DNA of 39,787 nt from an uncultured delta proteobacterium (lineage in GTDB: Bacteria > Desulfobacterota > Binatia > Bin18), in contig CAVTCR010000048.1 in assembly GCA_963733195.1 (NCBI GenBank), forward strand, positions 1-39,787, read 5' to 3'. The notes beneath the pieces are model-generated. The model ran no database searches, was not told the DNA's origin, and saw only the letters and a list, made by a program, of their open reading frames with translations. Positions 29,701 to 39,787 of the stretch are shown here, piece after piece. The position numbers were made by a program, and so were the translations under genes. Positions within the stretch are counted from its first letter, which is position 1. Every line of letters starts with the position of its first letter.

Positions 29701-29941
29701 CGTAACGCCTGGCGGATTTCTTGAATACAAGAAGTCAGGGCGGCATCGCTCACCACCGTCTCTACCCACACCACCTGGAACAGCTCTTCTCTGCTCACCA
29801 CTTGCCCGCTCCGCTCGACCACATAGCCGAGGACGGCAGCGGCTTTTGGCGTTAACCTCACTTCCTGTTTGTCCCGCCAGAGCTGCCCAGTGCAGGGAGC
29901 GAATCGATAAGGCCCAAACCGAACCTCCTGTTCTGGCTGCT
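26783..29941 (-). pseudogene. wHTH-AAA ATPase-TPR (STAND-like) regulator, left-arm copy with many frameshifts (probably errors)
   Basis: Fragments [43 protein letters not shown] across several frames. Confidence 0.8.
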
Positions 29942-29955
29942 TTTCCCTCGTCCGG

Positions 29956-30010
29956 TTTCCTAGAAAAATCCCACAACTTTCCCAGAATTTTCCTGAGACT
30001 TTGCCGGGGC
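29956..30010. promoter_or_regulatory. Five tandem 11-bp imperfect direct repeats in the divergent promoter (candidate wHTH operator; mirror at about 30777-30831)
   Basis: TTTCCTAGAAA AATCCCACAAC TTTCCCAGAAT TTTCCTGAGAC TTTGCCGGGGC. Confidence 0.55.
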
Positions 30011-30076
30011 TGTCGCTACCCTTCCTCGCACACAACGCGCCCGAATACAAGCAAAAAGTGGAAACGGGACACCCCT

Positions 30077-30283
30077 ATGCCCACGCAGCAAACAGCAACG
30101 GCCCCTTTGTCAGTACATTGGACGTTTGTCGTGCACTTCCGCACCAACACGAACATCGGTCACGGGCAGATCGCCGGGCGCGTCGAGCATGTAGTGTCGG
30201 GCCAGAGTACACATTTCGACTCACTAGAGGAGCTGCTGGCGTTCATGGCGCGGGTGCTCAGGCAACAGGAGGAAAGGAGGTGA
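30077..30283 (+). CDS. Small hypothetical protein (68 aa) divergent from the STAND-like regulator
   Basis: MPTQQ..FVVHFR..GRVEHVVSGQSTHFDSLEELLAFMARVL; protein-like composition, at the end of ORF 29552-30283. Confidence 0.65.
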   Translation: MPTQQTATAPLSVHWTFVVHFRTNTNIGHGQIAGRVEHVVSGQSTHFDSLEELLAFMARVLRQQEERR

Positions 30284-30373
30284 TGCCCCTTGAGGGTGAG
30301 CGTGCGTCGGCAAGGCAAGGACAAAGACTGAACTGGCAACGTGAAAAGTCCACGTAACTTTGTGCCCAGGCCG

Positions 30374-30413
30374 GATGTTGACGGTGCCTGTTGCTTGGTT
30401 CAGTTCCACGTAT
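30374..30413 (+). other. Palindrome centre containing a garbled Oxford Nanopore adapter-like sequence
   Basis: CCTGTTGCTTGGTTCAGTTCCACGTAT versus the adapter as I recall it, CCTGTACTTCGTTCAGTTACGTAT. Confidence 0.8.
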
Positions 30414-30503
30414 CGGCCTGGGCACAAAGTTACGTGGATTTTTCACGTTGCCAGTTCAGATTTTCCCCTTGCCTTGCCGACGCACGCTCACCCTCAAGGG
30501 GCA

Positions 30504-30710
30504 TCACCTCCTTTCCTCCTGTTGCCTGAGCACCCGCGCCATGAACGCCAGCAGCTCCTCTAGTGAGTCGAAATGTGTACTCTGGCCCGACACCACATGT
30601 TCGACGCGCCCGGCGATCTGCCCGTGACCGATGTTCGTGTTGGTGCGGAAGTGCACGACAAACGCCAATGTACTGACAAAGGGGCCGTTGCTGTTTGCTG
30701 CGTGGGCATA
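30504..30710 (-). CDS. Mirror copy of the 68-aa hypothetical protein (frameshift near its N-terminus)
   Basis: Reverse-complement copy of 30077-30283. Confidence 0.55.
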   Translation of the reverse strand, partial: YAHAANSNGPFVSTLAFVVHFRTNTNIGHGQIAGRVEHVVSGQSTHFDSLEELLAFMARVLRQQEERR

Positions 30711-30846
30711 GGGGTGTCCCGTTTCCACTTTTCGCTTGTATTCGGGCGCGTTGTGTGCGAGGAAGGGTAGCGACAGGCCCGGCAAAAGTCTCAGGAAAAT
30801 TCTGGGAAAGTTGTGGGATTTTTCTAGGAAACCGGACGAGGGAAAA

Positions 30847-33800
30847 ATGCAGCCAGAACAGGAGGTTCGGTTTGGGCCTTATCGATTCGCTCCCTGCACT
30901 GGGCAGCTCTGGCGGACAAACAGGAAGTGAGGTTAACGCCAAAAGCCGCTGCCGTCCTCGGCTATGTGGTCGAGCGGAGCGGGCAAGTGGTGAGCAGAGA
31001 AGAGCTGTTCCAGGTGGTGTGGGCAGAGACGGTGGTGAGCGATGCCGCCCTGACTTCTTGTATTCAAGAAATCCGCCAGGCGTTACGCGACAAGGCCAGA
31101 AAGCCCCGCTACCTGGAGACGATCTATAAAAGAGGGGTACGGTTCCTCGGAAAAGTTGTCAGTGATCAGTTGTCAGTTGTCAGTAGACAAGAAGAGGCAA
31201 GTCAAAAGGCAAAAAGCAAAGGGCAAAAGGTAAAAGTAGAACTCCCCTTCCCAACCCCTAGCACTCAACACTCAGCCCCTACCGTGGTCGGGCGAGAGCC
31301 TGGACCTGGCATTTTTACACGAGCGGTTAGAGAAGGCAGCAAGTGGCAAGCGCCAACTTATTTTCGTGACGGGTGAGGCGGGGATTGGCAAGACCACGCT
31401 CATCGGAGCTTTTCTCCGAGGGTCTAGGAACTGGGAGTTAGGATCTGGTTCCTCCCCTCCCCTAATCCTAGATCCCAAATCCCAAATCCTAAAGCCTGTT
31501 CCGTGGTGGTTGGGCTGGGGACAGTGCATTGAGCACTACGGCGCAGGCGAAGCCTATCTGCCGGTGTTGGAAGCCTTGGGCCGGTTGTGTCGTGAGTCAG
31601 ACGGCGAGCAGCTTATGACGTTGTTGCATCGGCATGCGCCGACGTGGCTCGTACAGATGCCCGCACTCCTCGACACCGCGGAACTGGAAGCGCTGCAACG
31701 GCGTACTCACGGCGCCACCCGCGAGCGGATGTTGCGGGAGTTAGCCGAAGCATTCGAAGTGATTACACAAGAGCGCCCGCTGGTATTGGTGCTCGAAGAT
31801 TTGCACTGGAGTGATGTGTCGACGTTAGACTTGCTCTCCATGTTGGCCCGTCGGCACGAGCCAGCACGGTTGCTTATTATTGGCACCTATCGCCCGGTGG
31901 AAGTATTGACGCGAGACCATCCGCTCAAGGAGATCAAGCAGGAGTTGCAACTGCATGGGCAGTGTGAGGAGCTGGCACTGGACTTTTTGACCGAGCCGCA
32001 TGTAGCGGAGTATCTAGAAGTGAGGTTCCGCGGAGGGGCGACCGACTGGTCGCCTCTACACCGTCTGGCCCATATCATCCACCACCGCACGGACGGCAAT
32101 CCACTCTTTATGGTCAACGTGACCAATGAGCTGGTGGCGCAGGAGATGATCACCCAGCAGGATGGACGATGGGAACTCAAGGATCAGATTGAAGCTGATG
32201 GTCTTGGAGTACCGGAGAACCTGCGGCAGTTGATTGAGCAACAGCTTGCCCGCGTGAATCCTGAGGAGCGCAAGATCCTAGAGGCGGCAAGTGTGGCGGG
32301 AGCAGAATTCTCAGCCGTTGCGGTAGCAGTGGTCGTGGAACACTCCTCGGAAACAGTAGAAACACACTGTGATGGTTTGGTACGGCGAGAGCAGTTTCTG
32401 CGGTCACGAGGAACGACAGAATGGCCGGACGGGACCATCGCGGCACGGTATGGGTTTGTGCATGCCTTGTATCAAGAAGTATTATACGAGCAGATTTCCG
32501 CCAGTCGTTGTGTTCGCCTACATCAGCAGATCGGGGAACTGGAAGAGCAGGCATACGGTGACCGGGCAAGAGAAATCGCGACCGAGCTGGCCGTGCACTT
32601 CGAGCGAGGGCGGGACTATGGCAAAGCGGTGCAGTATCTACGACAAGCAGGAGAGAATGCAGTGCGGCGTTTTGCTTATCAGGAAGCGGTCACCCTACTC
32701 GCCAAAGGGTTGGAGTTACTCAAGACTCTGCCAGACACTCCCGAGCGGGCTCAGCAAGAACTCAGGCTGCAAATGGCTTTGGGCGCTCCACTGCAGGCCA
32801 CTAAGGGCCCTGCAGCGCCAGAAGTGGGAAAAGCCTTTGCGCGGATGCGTGAGCTGTACGAGCAAGTGGGGGAAACTCCCCAGCTCTTGCCTGTGCTGGG
32901 GAGACTGTTGAGTTTCATTTGGGACGAGAGGAGTTGCAAACAGCACGTGAACTGGGGGAGCAATCCTCAGCCTGGCTCAGCGCATGCACAACCCCGCTCG
33001 CCTTCTGGGGGCTCATCACGCGTTGGGACATACCCTGTTCTCCCTTGGAGAGTTGGCCCTGGCACGAGAGCACTTGGAGCAGGGGATTACCCTGTATGAC
33101 CCCCGGGAGCCTGGTTCCTACACCTCCCGCGGCGAAGTTGACCCTAGGGTGGGCTGTCTATCCTATGCAGCCTTGGCCCTGTGGTTTCTCGGCTATCCGG
33201 CTCAGGCTCTGAAGAGGAGCCATGAAGCGCTCACCGTGGCCCAGGAGCTGTTTCATCCCTATAGCCTGGCTTTTGCTCTGGACCTTGCTGCCATGCTCCG
33301 TCAGTTCCGCCGGGAGAGTCAAGCAGTACAGGAGCACGCAGAGTCAGCCATTACTCTCTGTGCCGAGCAGGGATTCCCTTACTACTTGGCCTGGGGGACT
33401 AGCCTGCAAGGCTGTGCGCTGGCTGAGCAAGGACAGTCCGAGGAAGGAATTGCCCAGCTCCGTCAGGGTCTGGCTGCCTGGCAGGCCACAGGGGCAGAGA
33501 GGCACAGGCCATATTTTCTTACCCAGCTGGCCGAGGCGTATGGGAAAGCAGGGCAGGCTGAAGAGGGGCTCACTGTTCTAGTCGAGGCGCTGGTTGCGGT
33601 GAACAAGACTGAGGGGCGTGTGTGGGAGGCGGAGCTGTATCGGCTGAAAGGCGAACTAACGCTCGCCCAGTCTAGCGTCCAGAGTCTAGAGTCTGGGGTC
33701 CAGAAAATCAACAAGCGCCCTGAGCTTAGTCAAGGGGCAAAGGGCAAAAGTCAAAAACTCAGAAAATCCAAATCCTCAATCCCAGAGCCTAGAGCCCAAC

Positions 33801-34044
33801 GCTGAAGCCGAAGCCTGCTTTCTCAAGGCCATTGAGATTGCCCTGTAAGCAACAAGCCAAATCCCTCGAACTTCGTGCCACCACAAGCCTCGCGCGATTA
33901 TGGCAACAACAGGGCAAGACAAAGCAGGCTCACAAAAAGTTGGCTAAAGTCTACCACTGGTTCACTGAGGGATTCGATACGAAGGACTTGCAGGAAGCGA
34001 AAGCACTGTTGGAAGAATTCGGAGGTGTCGTGCGGAGGGAATAA
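30847..34044 (+). CDS. OmpR/ToxR-type wHTH + AAA ATPase + TPR (STAND-like) regulator, right-arm copy (several frameshifts)
   Basis: [53 protein letters not shown]; Walker A GEAGIGKT; Walker B LVLEDLHW; TPR tail [23 protein letters not shown]. Confidence 0.85.
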
Positions 34045-34214
34045 AAGCTAGGGAGTAATGTTTGCCCAAAGGTCTGCGGTGACAAACCGCGAAAGATGTC
34101 CGACGTTGGTAGTGGCAACCACTAGGTCCGTGGAGGGAATGCCGATGGTGAGTGCCTGGACCGCTATCAATACATCACAATCCAACTCTTTCGGATCGGC
34201 GGTCGGTATTCCGG

Positions 34215-34433
34215 CTAGGAGAGAGCATCATGTACTTGGGCAGGGGTCAGATACGGGTAGTACTGGAGGATTTCGTCCACTGTGCGCCCCTGTTTGTACT
34301 GCCAGGCGATGAGGCTCACCCCGATGCGGGTGCCTCTCAGGATCGGTCTCCCTTCGTGCGTGTCAATCTTCTGCTCGATATACGGATGAGGAAGGTTGCG
34401 AGCCGCAACTTTCCTCGCCACTTTTGTACTCAT
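34215..34433 (-). CDS. DUF433 family protein, mirror copy
   Basis: Same sequence and same early TAG as 26402-26620. Confidence 0.7.
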   Translation of the reverse strand: MSTKVARKVAARNLPHPYIEQKIDTHEGRPILRGTRIGVSLIAWQYKQGRTVDEILQYYPYLTPAQVHDALS

Positions 34434-34737
34434 CTCAATAGGTCCTTTTGAATCACCAGATCTTCTCAAAAATATAAGCACAAATCACTTTGCTGCGCTA
34501 CGCAAGGTGGGACTCAAGTGATTGAGAATGAAGAATGAGGGTGCGGCCCTCTTTGTCCACCATGCGATAGCGGAGCAGTGCTCTGCGTTGGCAGCAGAAA
34601 TAACAAATAGTGCTTAGCCTTGCTTATCTCTTGCAAATCATGGCGACACAACCGTTGACACCCTCCAGGGGCCTTACTATGATGCCGACGGGTCCAGGAT
34701 AGCTTCGACGAAGAATATCACAACTGGAGATGACGCC

Positions 34738-35530
34738 ATGGCCTACGACACCATTTTGTATGAGAAAAAAGGCAAGATTGCCCATATCACGCTGAACCGG
34801 CCCCAGATTCTCAACGCCTACAACGACACCATGGGCGATGAGCTGCTCCATGCGCACCGCGAGTTTGATCAGGACGACGATCTCCATGTGCTCATTCTCT
34901 CAGGCGCGGGGCGCGCGTTTTGCTCCGGGGCCGACGTGAAACAGCGCCAACTCCGTCCTCTCGACGAAATGAAACGCCTCGGCGGGCCGGCGGGAGGCAT
35001 CAAACCAGCGGGGGGATTGCTCGGCTTGGGCCAGACGGTCAACTGGAAGCCGGTGATTGCCGCAGTGCACGGCTATGTGTTAGGAGCCGGCTTTGGCCTG
35101 GCCATGGCGGCCGATATCATCGTCGCGGCCGCGGGTACGCAATTTCAAATCCGCGAAGTGCAACGCGGCCTCGCCGGGGCACAGCACTGGGCTACCACCT
35201 GGTTCTGGGGCGGTGGCCGCTTCGCCACCGAGATTGCCCTGACCGGTCGGTATTTTTCCGCTGAGGAAGCGGCGCAGTTCGGCATAGTCAACCGCGTCAC
35301 CCCCCTGGGTGAGGTGGTCGCGGGGGCAGAGCAATTGGCGGAGGAAATCATGGCCAACCCGCCCCTTTCCGTACGGGCTAATGTGCGCGTGTCCCGCTGG
35401 TTCGCTCGCCGCATGGAAGACGAGTGCACCTTATTACACCGGCGGCTTGGGGTTGCACCTGACGGAGGATTTTCGCGAGTCCGCCCAGGCCTTTATCGAA
35501 AAGCGACCGCCTGAGTTCAAGGGACGATAG
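34738..35530 (+). CDS. Crotonase family protein, mirror copy (frameshift near 35430)
   Basis: Near-identical to 25307-26098. Confidence 0.85.
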
Positions 35531-35566
35531 TAGTGGAGAGATGGAGGTCTCAGATGAGCTGAACCT

Positions 35567-36808
35567 GTGCACCAAAACCTTACCGGCCTACGCGTTTTGG
35601 ACATTACGCAATATATCGCCGGTCCCACTTTAGGCCGGATGCTCGCCGATCTCGGCGCCGAGGTCGTGAAGCTGGAAATGCCGCCGGGTGGGGAATACTC
35701 TCGCCGCGGCGGGTTTCCGCCCCGAGTTGAGGGGCAGGCACCCGCCTATGTCTACTACAACCGCGGCAAGCGCAGTCTCTGTATCGATTTCAAACGTTCT
35801 GAAGGAGCGGCGATCGTGCTCGAACTGGCGCCCCATTTCGATGTGGTGATCGAAAACTATACGCCCGGGGTCTTAAGGAAATATGGCCTCACCTATGAAG
35901 CCTTCAAGGCGCGCAATCCGCGGATCATCATGTGCTCGATTTCCGGCTTCGGCCAGACCGGTTCACGCGTCAACCTCCCGGGCAATGATATGACCGCGCA
36001 AGCGTTGTCAGGTCTGCTGCATCTCACCGGCACCGAGGACGGCACGCCGGTCTATCCCGGCATGTACTTGGCCGATGGCGGCGGCGGCGTCAACGGCGTC
36101 GCGGCTGTGCTCGCCGCGCTGTACTACCGCGAACGCACGGGGATCGGACAGTATATCGACGTGGCGCTGTACGAATGCGTCTTCCATATTCATGACGTCT
36201 TCTTGATGCAGAATCTGTTCACGTACGGTGACTACAATCCCGGCCCTACCGGGCGCCATCGTCCGGGCGCTACGCCGTGCGGGCTGTTTCAGACGCGCGA
36301 CGGCTGGATTGTCTTCACGGTGCTGAACCACCAGTGGGAGCGCTTCGCCAAGGATATCGGCAAACCCGAACTGTTGACCGACGAGCGCTTTAATCCCTAC
36401 ACTGCCCGTTGGGATAATCGACACTTGCTTGAGCCGATCATCGAAGAATGGTTCCGGTCGCTTGGCAGCCGTGAAGAGGTGCTGAAGTTCTTGCTCGACC
36501 GCCATTATCTGGCCGCACCGGTGCTGGATCTGCGCCAGACTGTCGAACTGATCAAAGGCGAGGGACGCGGCGCGCTACAGAATCTCAACGTTCCTGGTTA
36601 CGGAGAAATTCCGCTGCCTAAGGTTCCTTACTTGTTCTCCGAAACCACGGTTGAGTTTCAGCCTATTCTGTCGATGGTCGGCGAAGACAATCGGGATATC
36701 CTGAGTCAATACCTCGGCTACAGCGAGCAGAAACTCGACGACCTCCAGGCCGCCGGCATCCTGATCGAGGATTCCGAACTGGCAGAAATCCGTGAACGCA
36801 GAAAATAG
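35567..36808 (+). CDS. CaiB/BaiF class III CoA-transferase, intact mirror copy
   Basis: 413-aa uninterrupted ORF with CaiB motifs. Confidence 0.92.
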   Translation: MHQNLTGLRVLDITQYIAGPTLGRMLADLGAEVVKLEMPPGGEYSRRGGFPPRVEGQAPAYVYYNRGKRSLCIDFKRSEGAAIVLELAPHFDVVIENYTPGVLRKYGLTYEAFKARNPRIIMCSISGFGQTGSRVNLPGNDMTAQALSGLLHLTGTEDGTPVYPGMYLADGGGGVNGVAAVLAALYYRERTGIGQYIDVALYECVFHIHDVFLMQNLFTYGDYNPGPTGRHRPGATPCGLFQTRDGWIVFTVLNHQWERFAKDIGKPELLTDERFNPYTARWDNRHLLEPIIEEWFRSLGSREEVLKFLLDRHYLAAPVLDLRQTVELIKGEGRGALQNLNVPGYGEIPLPKVPYLFSETTVEFQPILSMVGEDNRDILSQYLGYSEQKLDDLQAAGILIEDSELAEIRERRK

Positions 36809-36953
36809 AGCTATATCGCAACTTTGCACTGGGGGAGATGAGCGTGGACATGTATTTGCGATGTTGCGCTACTGCTCGTCGTTAAGGAGGATACCTGATT
36901 TAGAATCACGCCGAGCCGGTTGGAAAAGTCTGCCTTAAGAAAGGAGCAACAGC

Positions 36954-37840
36954 ATGGCCTATCAACAACTCAGTCTCGATCACGTCACGATCGCAGCCAC
37001 CGGATTCAAAGGGCCCGAAGGGGTGACGGTAGACCGCGAAGGGAACATCTATGGCGGAGGAGCCGACGGGGTGATTCGCAAGCTCGCCCCAGATGGAAAG
37101 GTCACGGAATTTGCCCGCACGGGTGGCCGGCCGGCCGGCATGGCCTTGGATCGGCAGGGGAATCTGTTCGTCTGTGATGTCGGTAAGGCCGCCGTGCTCA
37201 AGGTCACTCCAAGCGGAGGAGTCAGTGTATTTGCAGATCAGGTTGGAAACCTGAAACTAACCTTACCCAACTTTCCGGTCTTCGACGCCGAGGGCAACTT
37301 GTATGTCTCGAACTCGACCGACCATGTGCTCGGCAGTATCGAGGAGGTAATGGTAGAGATTCGAATCCTGTCCCCAAAGGGACACTCGTGCGGTTGCGGC
37401 CGGATGGCCGCGGAGACGTGGTCTCCACTGGGCTGTACTTTGCCAACGGCACGGCCATCGATCCCCGGGAGGAAGCGGTGTACGTGTTGCAATCGACCCA
37501 AAACAACTGCGTGCGCGTAGCGAAGCGCAAAGATGGCACCTTTGGGAAACCTGAGGTCTTTGGCGAACTCCTCGGCGGGCTTCCCGACGGGATGGCCTTT
37601 GACGCCGAAGGATATCTGATCATCACCTTGCCCATGATAAACCGACTCGTCGTTCTTGACCCCAACGGCAAATTGTCGACGCTACTCGACAATCCCGAAG
37701 GCAAGAAGACGAAAGGGCCAACGAACTGTGCTTTTGGTGGTGCACAATTCACTGATCTCTACCTGGCGCATCTGGAAGCCGACCACATTGCCAAGGTTGC
37801 GCTTGGACGCAAGGGGCACCCGCTCTACGACCGACGCTAA
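36954..37840 (+). CDS. SMP-30/gluconolactonase family protein, mirror copy (frameshift near 37365)
   Basis: Near-identical to 22993-23881 with a different frameshift. Confidence 0.85.
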
Positions 37841-38035
37841 GGATCATGAGACAAAACCCTTACAGACATCAGAAACGAACAACCATATTTCTTGTTCTGA
37901 CAAGTACTTACAAAAATCGCCCAGAGGTTTTGTCTCAAAGACCTAAGCCGAAGGGGTTCTGCCTATGGTGAATGCTCCTTACCACCCTTGCAACGAGCAC
38001 TTCTCAACGACCGTGGAGGCCAGGTGAATCTCTCA

Positions 38036-38278
38036 CTATCCGTGCAGCACATGGACAATAAGCTGTAGCGTTGATAACGAATGACTGCGATCCTCGACCT
38101 CTTCCAGGCGGGTAGTAACTGGCTGCGTGGTCCCTACCCGTTTCGCGAACCGTGGCTGCGTTACCCCCGCTATCGTCCGGGCCCCATGAATCACCCGACC
38201 TCCTTTCACATTCCGCTCCTCAGGGAACCGGATTCCTGCATTTGTTTTCCAACGGCTTATGTCACCGAAAGTAGACAA
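38036..38278 (-). pseudogene. Degenerate XRE HTH remnant, mirror copy
   Basis: IHGARTIAGVTQPRFAKRVGTTQPVTTRLE. Confidence 0.5.
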
Positions 38279-38514
38279 CCCTGTCCGAGATTCTTGACAC
38301 CACGGCTGTGCGTTCGCCCTAGACCCTCACAGAGGGATGAATTTCCGCATAGTTTTTCTCAACTCCCGTTTGGCATCGCCCTTGCTCCCTTAAAGGAATG
38401 CGATGTAGCAGCGATGTCTCCTCTGTCAGTATGACAGAGAGCGTACGCGTCAATGATGGTATGGTTGGTAGGGGTAAAGGGGTATACGTAAGTGGCAAGA
38501 AAGAAGGAGCTGAG

Positions 38515-39584
38515 ATGGCCATCCAGTATGCGGTCCTCAAAGGACGCGTGGTTGGGAGTGTACGGGCAGAAGTCATGGAACAGCAAGTGAATGCTGCGCA
38601 CCTTGGCAATGGCACCTATCGGAGCAATCATTTTCACCTCTTGGTACAAGTTGCGGATGGACTCTGGCGTTGTCCAGTGAATGTCCGCTCTCGAGTCGGT
38701 CCGAAGTTTGGTTTAAGATCCGGATAGCCTTCGTGACCATACAATCCTCCCGGACCTTCCGGTATTATCTGAAAGGTTACGGGACTGTTCCCCATCGCCG
38801 ACCGGGGCGGACCCTCGATTTTATTCGCGAGCCGCTGTTCGACCGCCGGACGATGCGACGCTTGCCCAAGGACCTGCCCGGGGAACAAACGACGTCCAAG
38901 ACCACTTGGAGTTATACGCAAAGCAAGCGCAAACAGAGCCTGGTGCACTCGTCTACGTGTTCGGCAGCTTCTGGCGCAACCAACAATTCCCACCCGATAA
39001 AGTGCTCGACACACGCCAAGGCGTGCGTGATGTCCATATCAATCAGGGCAATGATCCTGGCCATCGCGGCGATGATGGGGTGTTCCAAGATGGCGGTGTC
39101 CTCTTCTATTTCCCCACTACGGATCGTTACGTGGGGGCATTCTTGGCTTTTGCTTCGCAAGTGTGGTTCACTCATAATGAAAATGGGCATCGGCTTCCAG
39201 GGTATGCCGAAGGTCGGCTCGCTGAGGGTGAGGTCACCCGCCTCCCCCACCAGCCCCGGAGACTTTCCCGGTCCGTATTATTGCGGCCTTGGTGAACCCG
39301 GAGGGAGACGATGTGGGGCAAGAGGCCGTGACCCTTTTCAATGCCAGTACCACGCCGAGCGAGCTGGTGGGGTGGAAGTTGATGGATCGGCAGAACAAGA
39401 GTGAAGCGCTCCCTGAGCTTCGCCTGGGCGCCTGTGAATCAGTCACGATCCGCTTGCAGGGCACCGGCGTACAGCTCAGTAACCGGGGTGGCGCTTTACG
39501 ACTCATGAATGCCAAGAACGAATTGTGCATGTCGTGACATATTCCCAAGCGCAAGCCGTGAGTGGACGGGTGCTCGTATTCTGA
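38515..39584 (+). pseudogene. DUF2278 plus lamin-tail-like protein, mirror copy with several frameshifts
   Basis: MAIQYAVLKG..., HINQGND..DGG and VNPEGDD fragments in different frames. Confidence 0.75.
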
Positions 39585-39787
39585 GCAATGGAGTATCAGC
39601 ATGAACGATCGCCGTTGCCATGGTTCCTACGAATAGGGGACACAAAAAGAGGGGCTATGACGCACCTGTTTGATCCTGGCTTGCGTGATCGCGTTGGTAT
39701 CTCACAAAAAGTTGCATCCTTGTGGAAGAAGACTTAGTATACATATGTAAGGGACATGCGCTGCGTGATTTGCATCGTCATTCTATG

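Larger units (their letters stand above)
21040..39787. repeat. Giant inverted duplication: left arm 21040-30373, right arm 30414-39787 (runs off the window); probably a nanopore fold-back artefact
   Basis: All genes are mirrored; the window end CATCGTCATTCTATG is the reverse complement of 21040-21054; the 40-nt centre resembles an ONT adapter. Confidence 0.95.

Noticed and set aside
21040-39787. Giant palindrome as a hairpin telomere, linear replicon end or real inverted amplification
   Set aside because: The centre is adapter-like, no protelomerase or replication genes are present, and the frameshifts are arm-specific. An artefact is more parsimonious, though not proven without reads.
1-39787. 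CRISPR array, tRNA/rRNA genes, integron integrase
   Set aside because: No regularly spaced repeat-spacer units, recognisable structural RNA genes or tyrosine recombinase ORF were seen in the window.

Overview
The window has three parts. (1) 1-8750 is an integron-type gene-cassette array with no integrase visible. It has four attC hairpins, a HigBA toxin-antitoxin cassette, two DUF6883/DUF4926-like gene pairs and a broken GFA gene. An IS91-family element at its left end terminates in an attC-like hairpin, and IS1380 and IS630 elements have inserted into it. Two related RT-defective group II introns sit at the same base of two attC R' boxes (GTTA^RRY), in the cassette sense, and carry an EBS1 complementary to that box. 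(2) 8.9-21 kb is ordinary chromosomal DNA: nudC, an LLM-class oxidoreductase, two acyl-CoA dehydrogenases, a small membrane protein, DUF1003, an Asp-less receiver, a PAS histidine kinase and a large class A PBP. (3) 21040-39787 is one giant inverted duplication with ~9.3 kb arms centred near 30393. It covers DUF2278-LTD, SMP-30, CaiB, a crotonase, DUF433 and a wHTH-AAA-TPR regulator. The 40-nt centre resembles a garbled Oxford Nanopore adapter and the arms carry different frameshifts, so this is most likely a fold-back read artefact. Many single-base frameshifts in the window may therefore be sequencing errors. Gene content is reminiscent of Ca. Binatia/Deltaproteobacteria (inference only). 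All family assignments come from motif recognition, not database searches.
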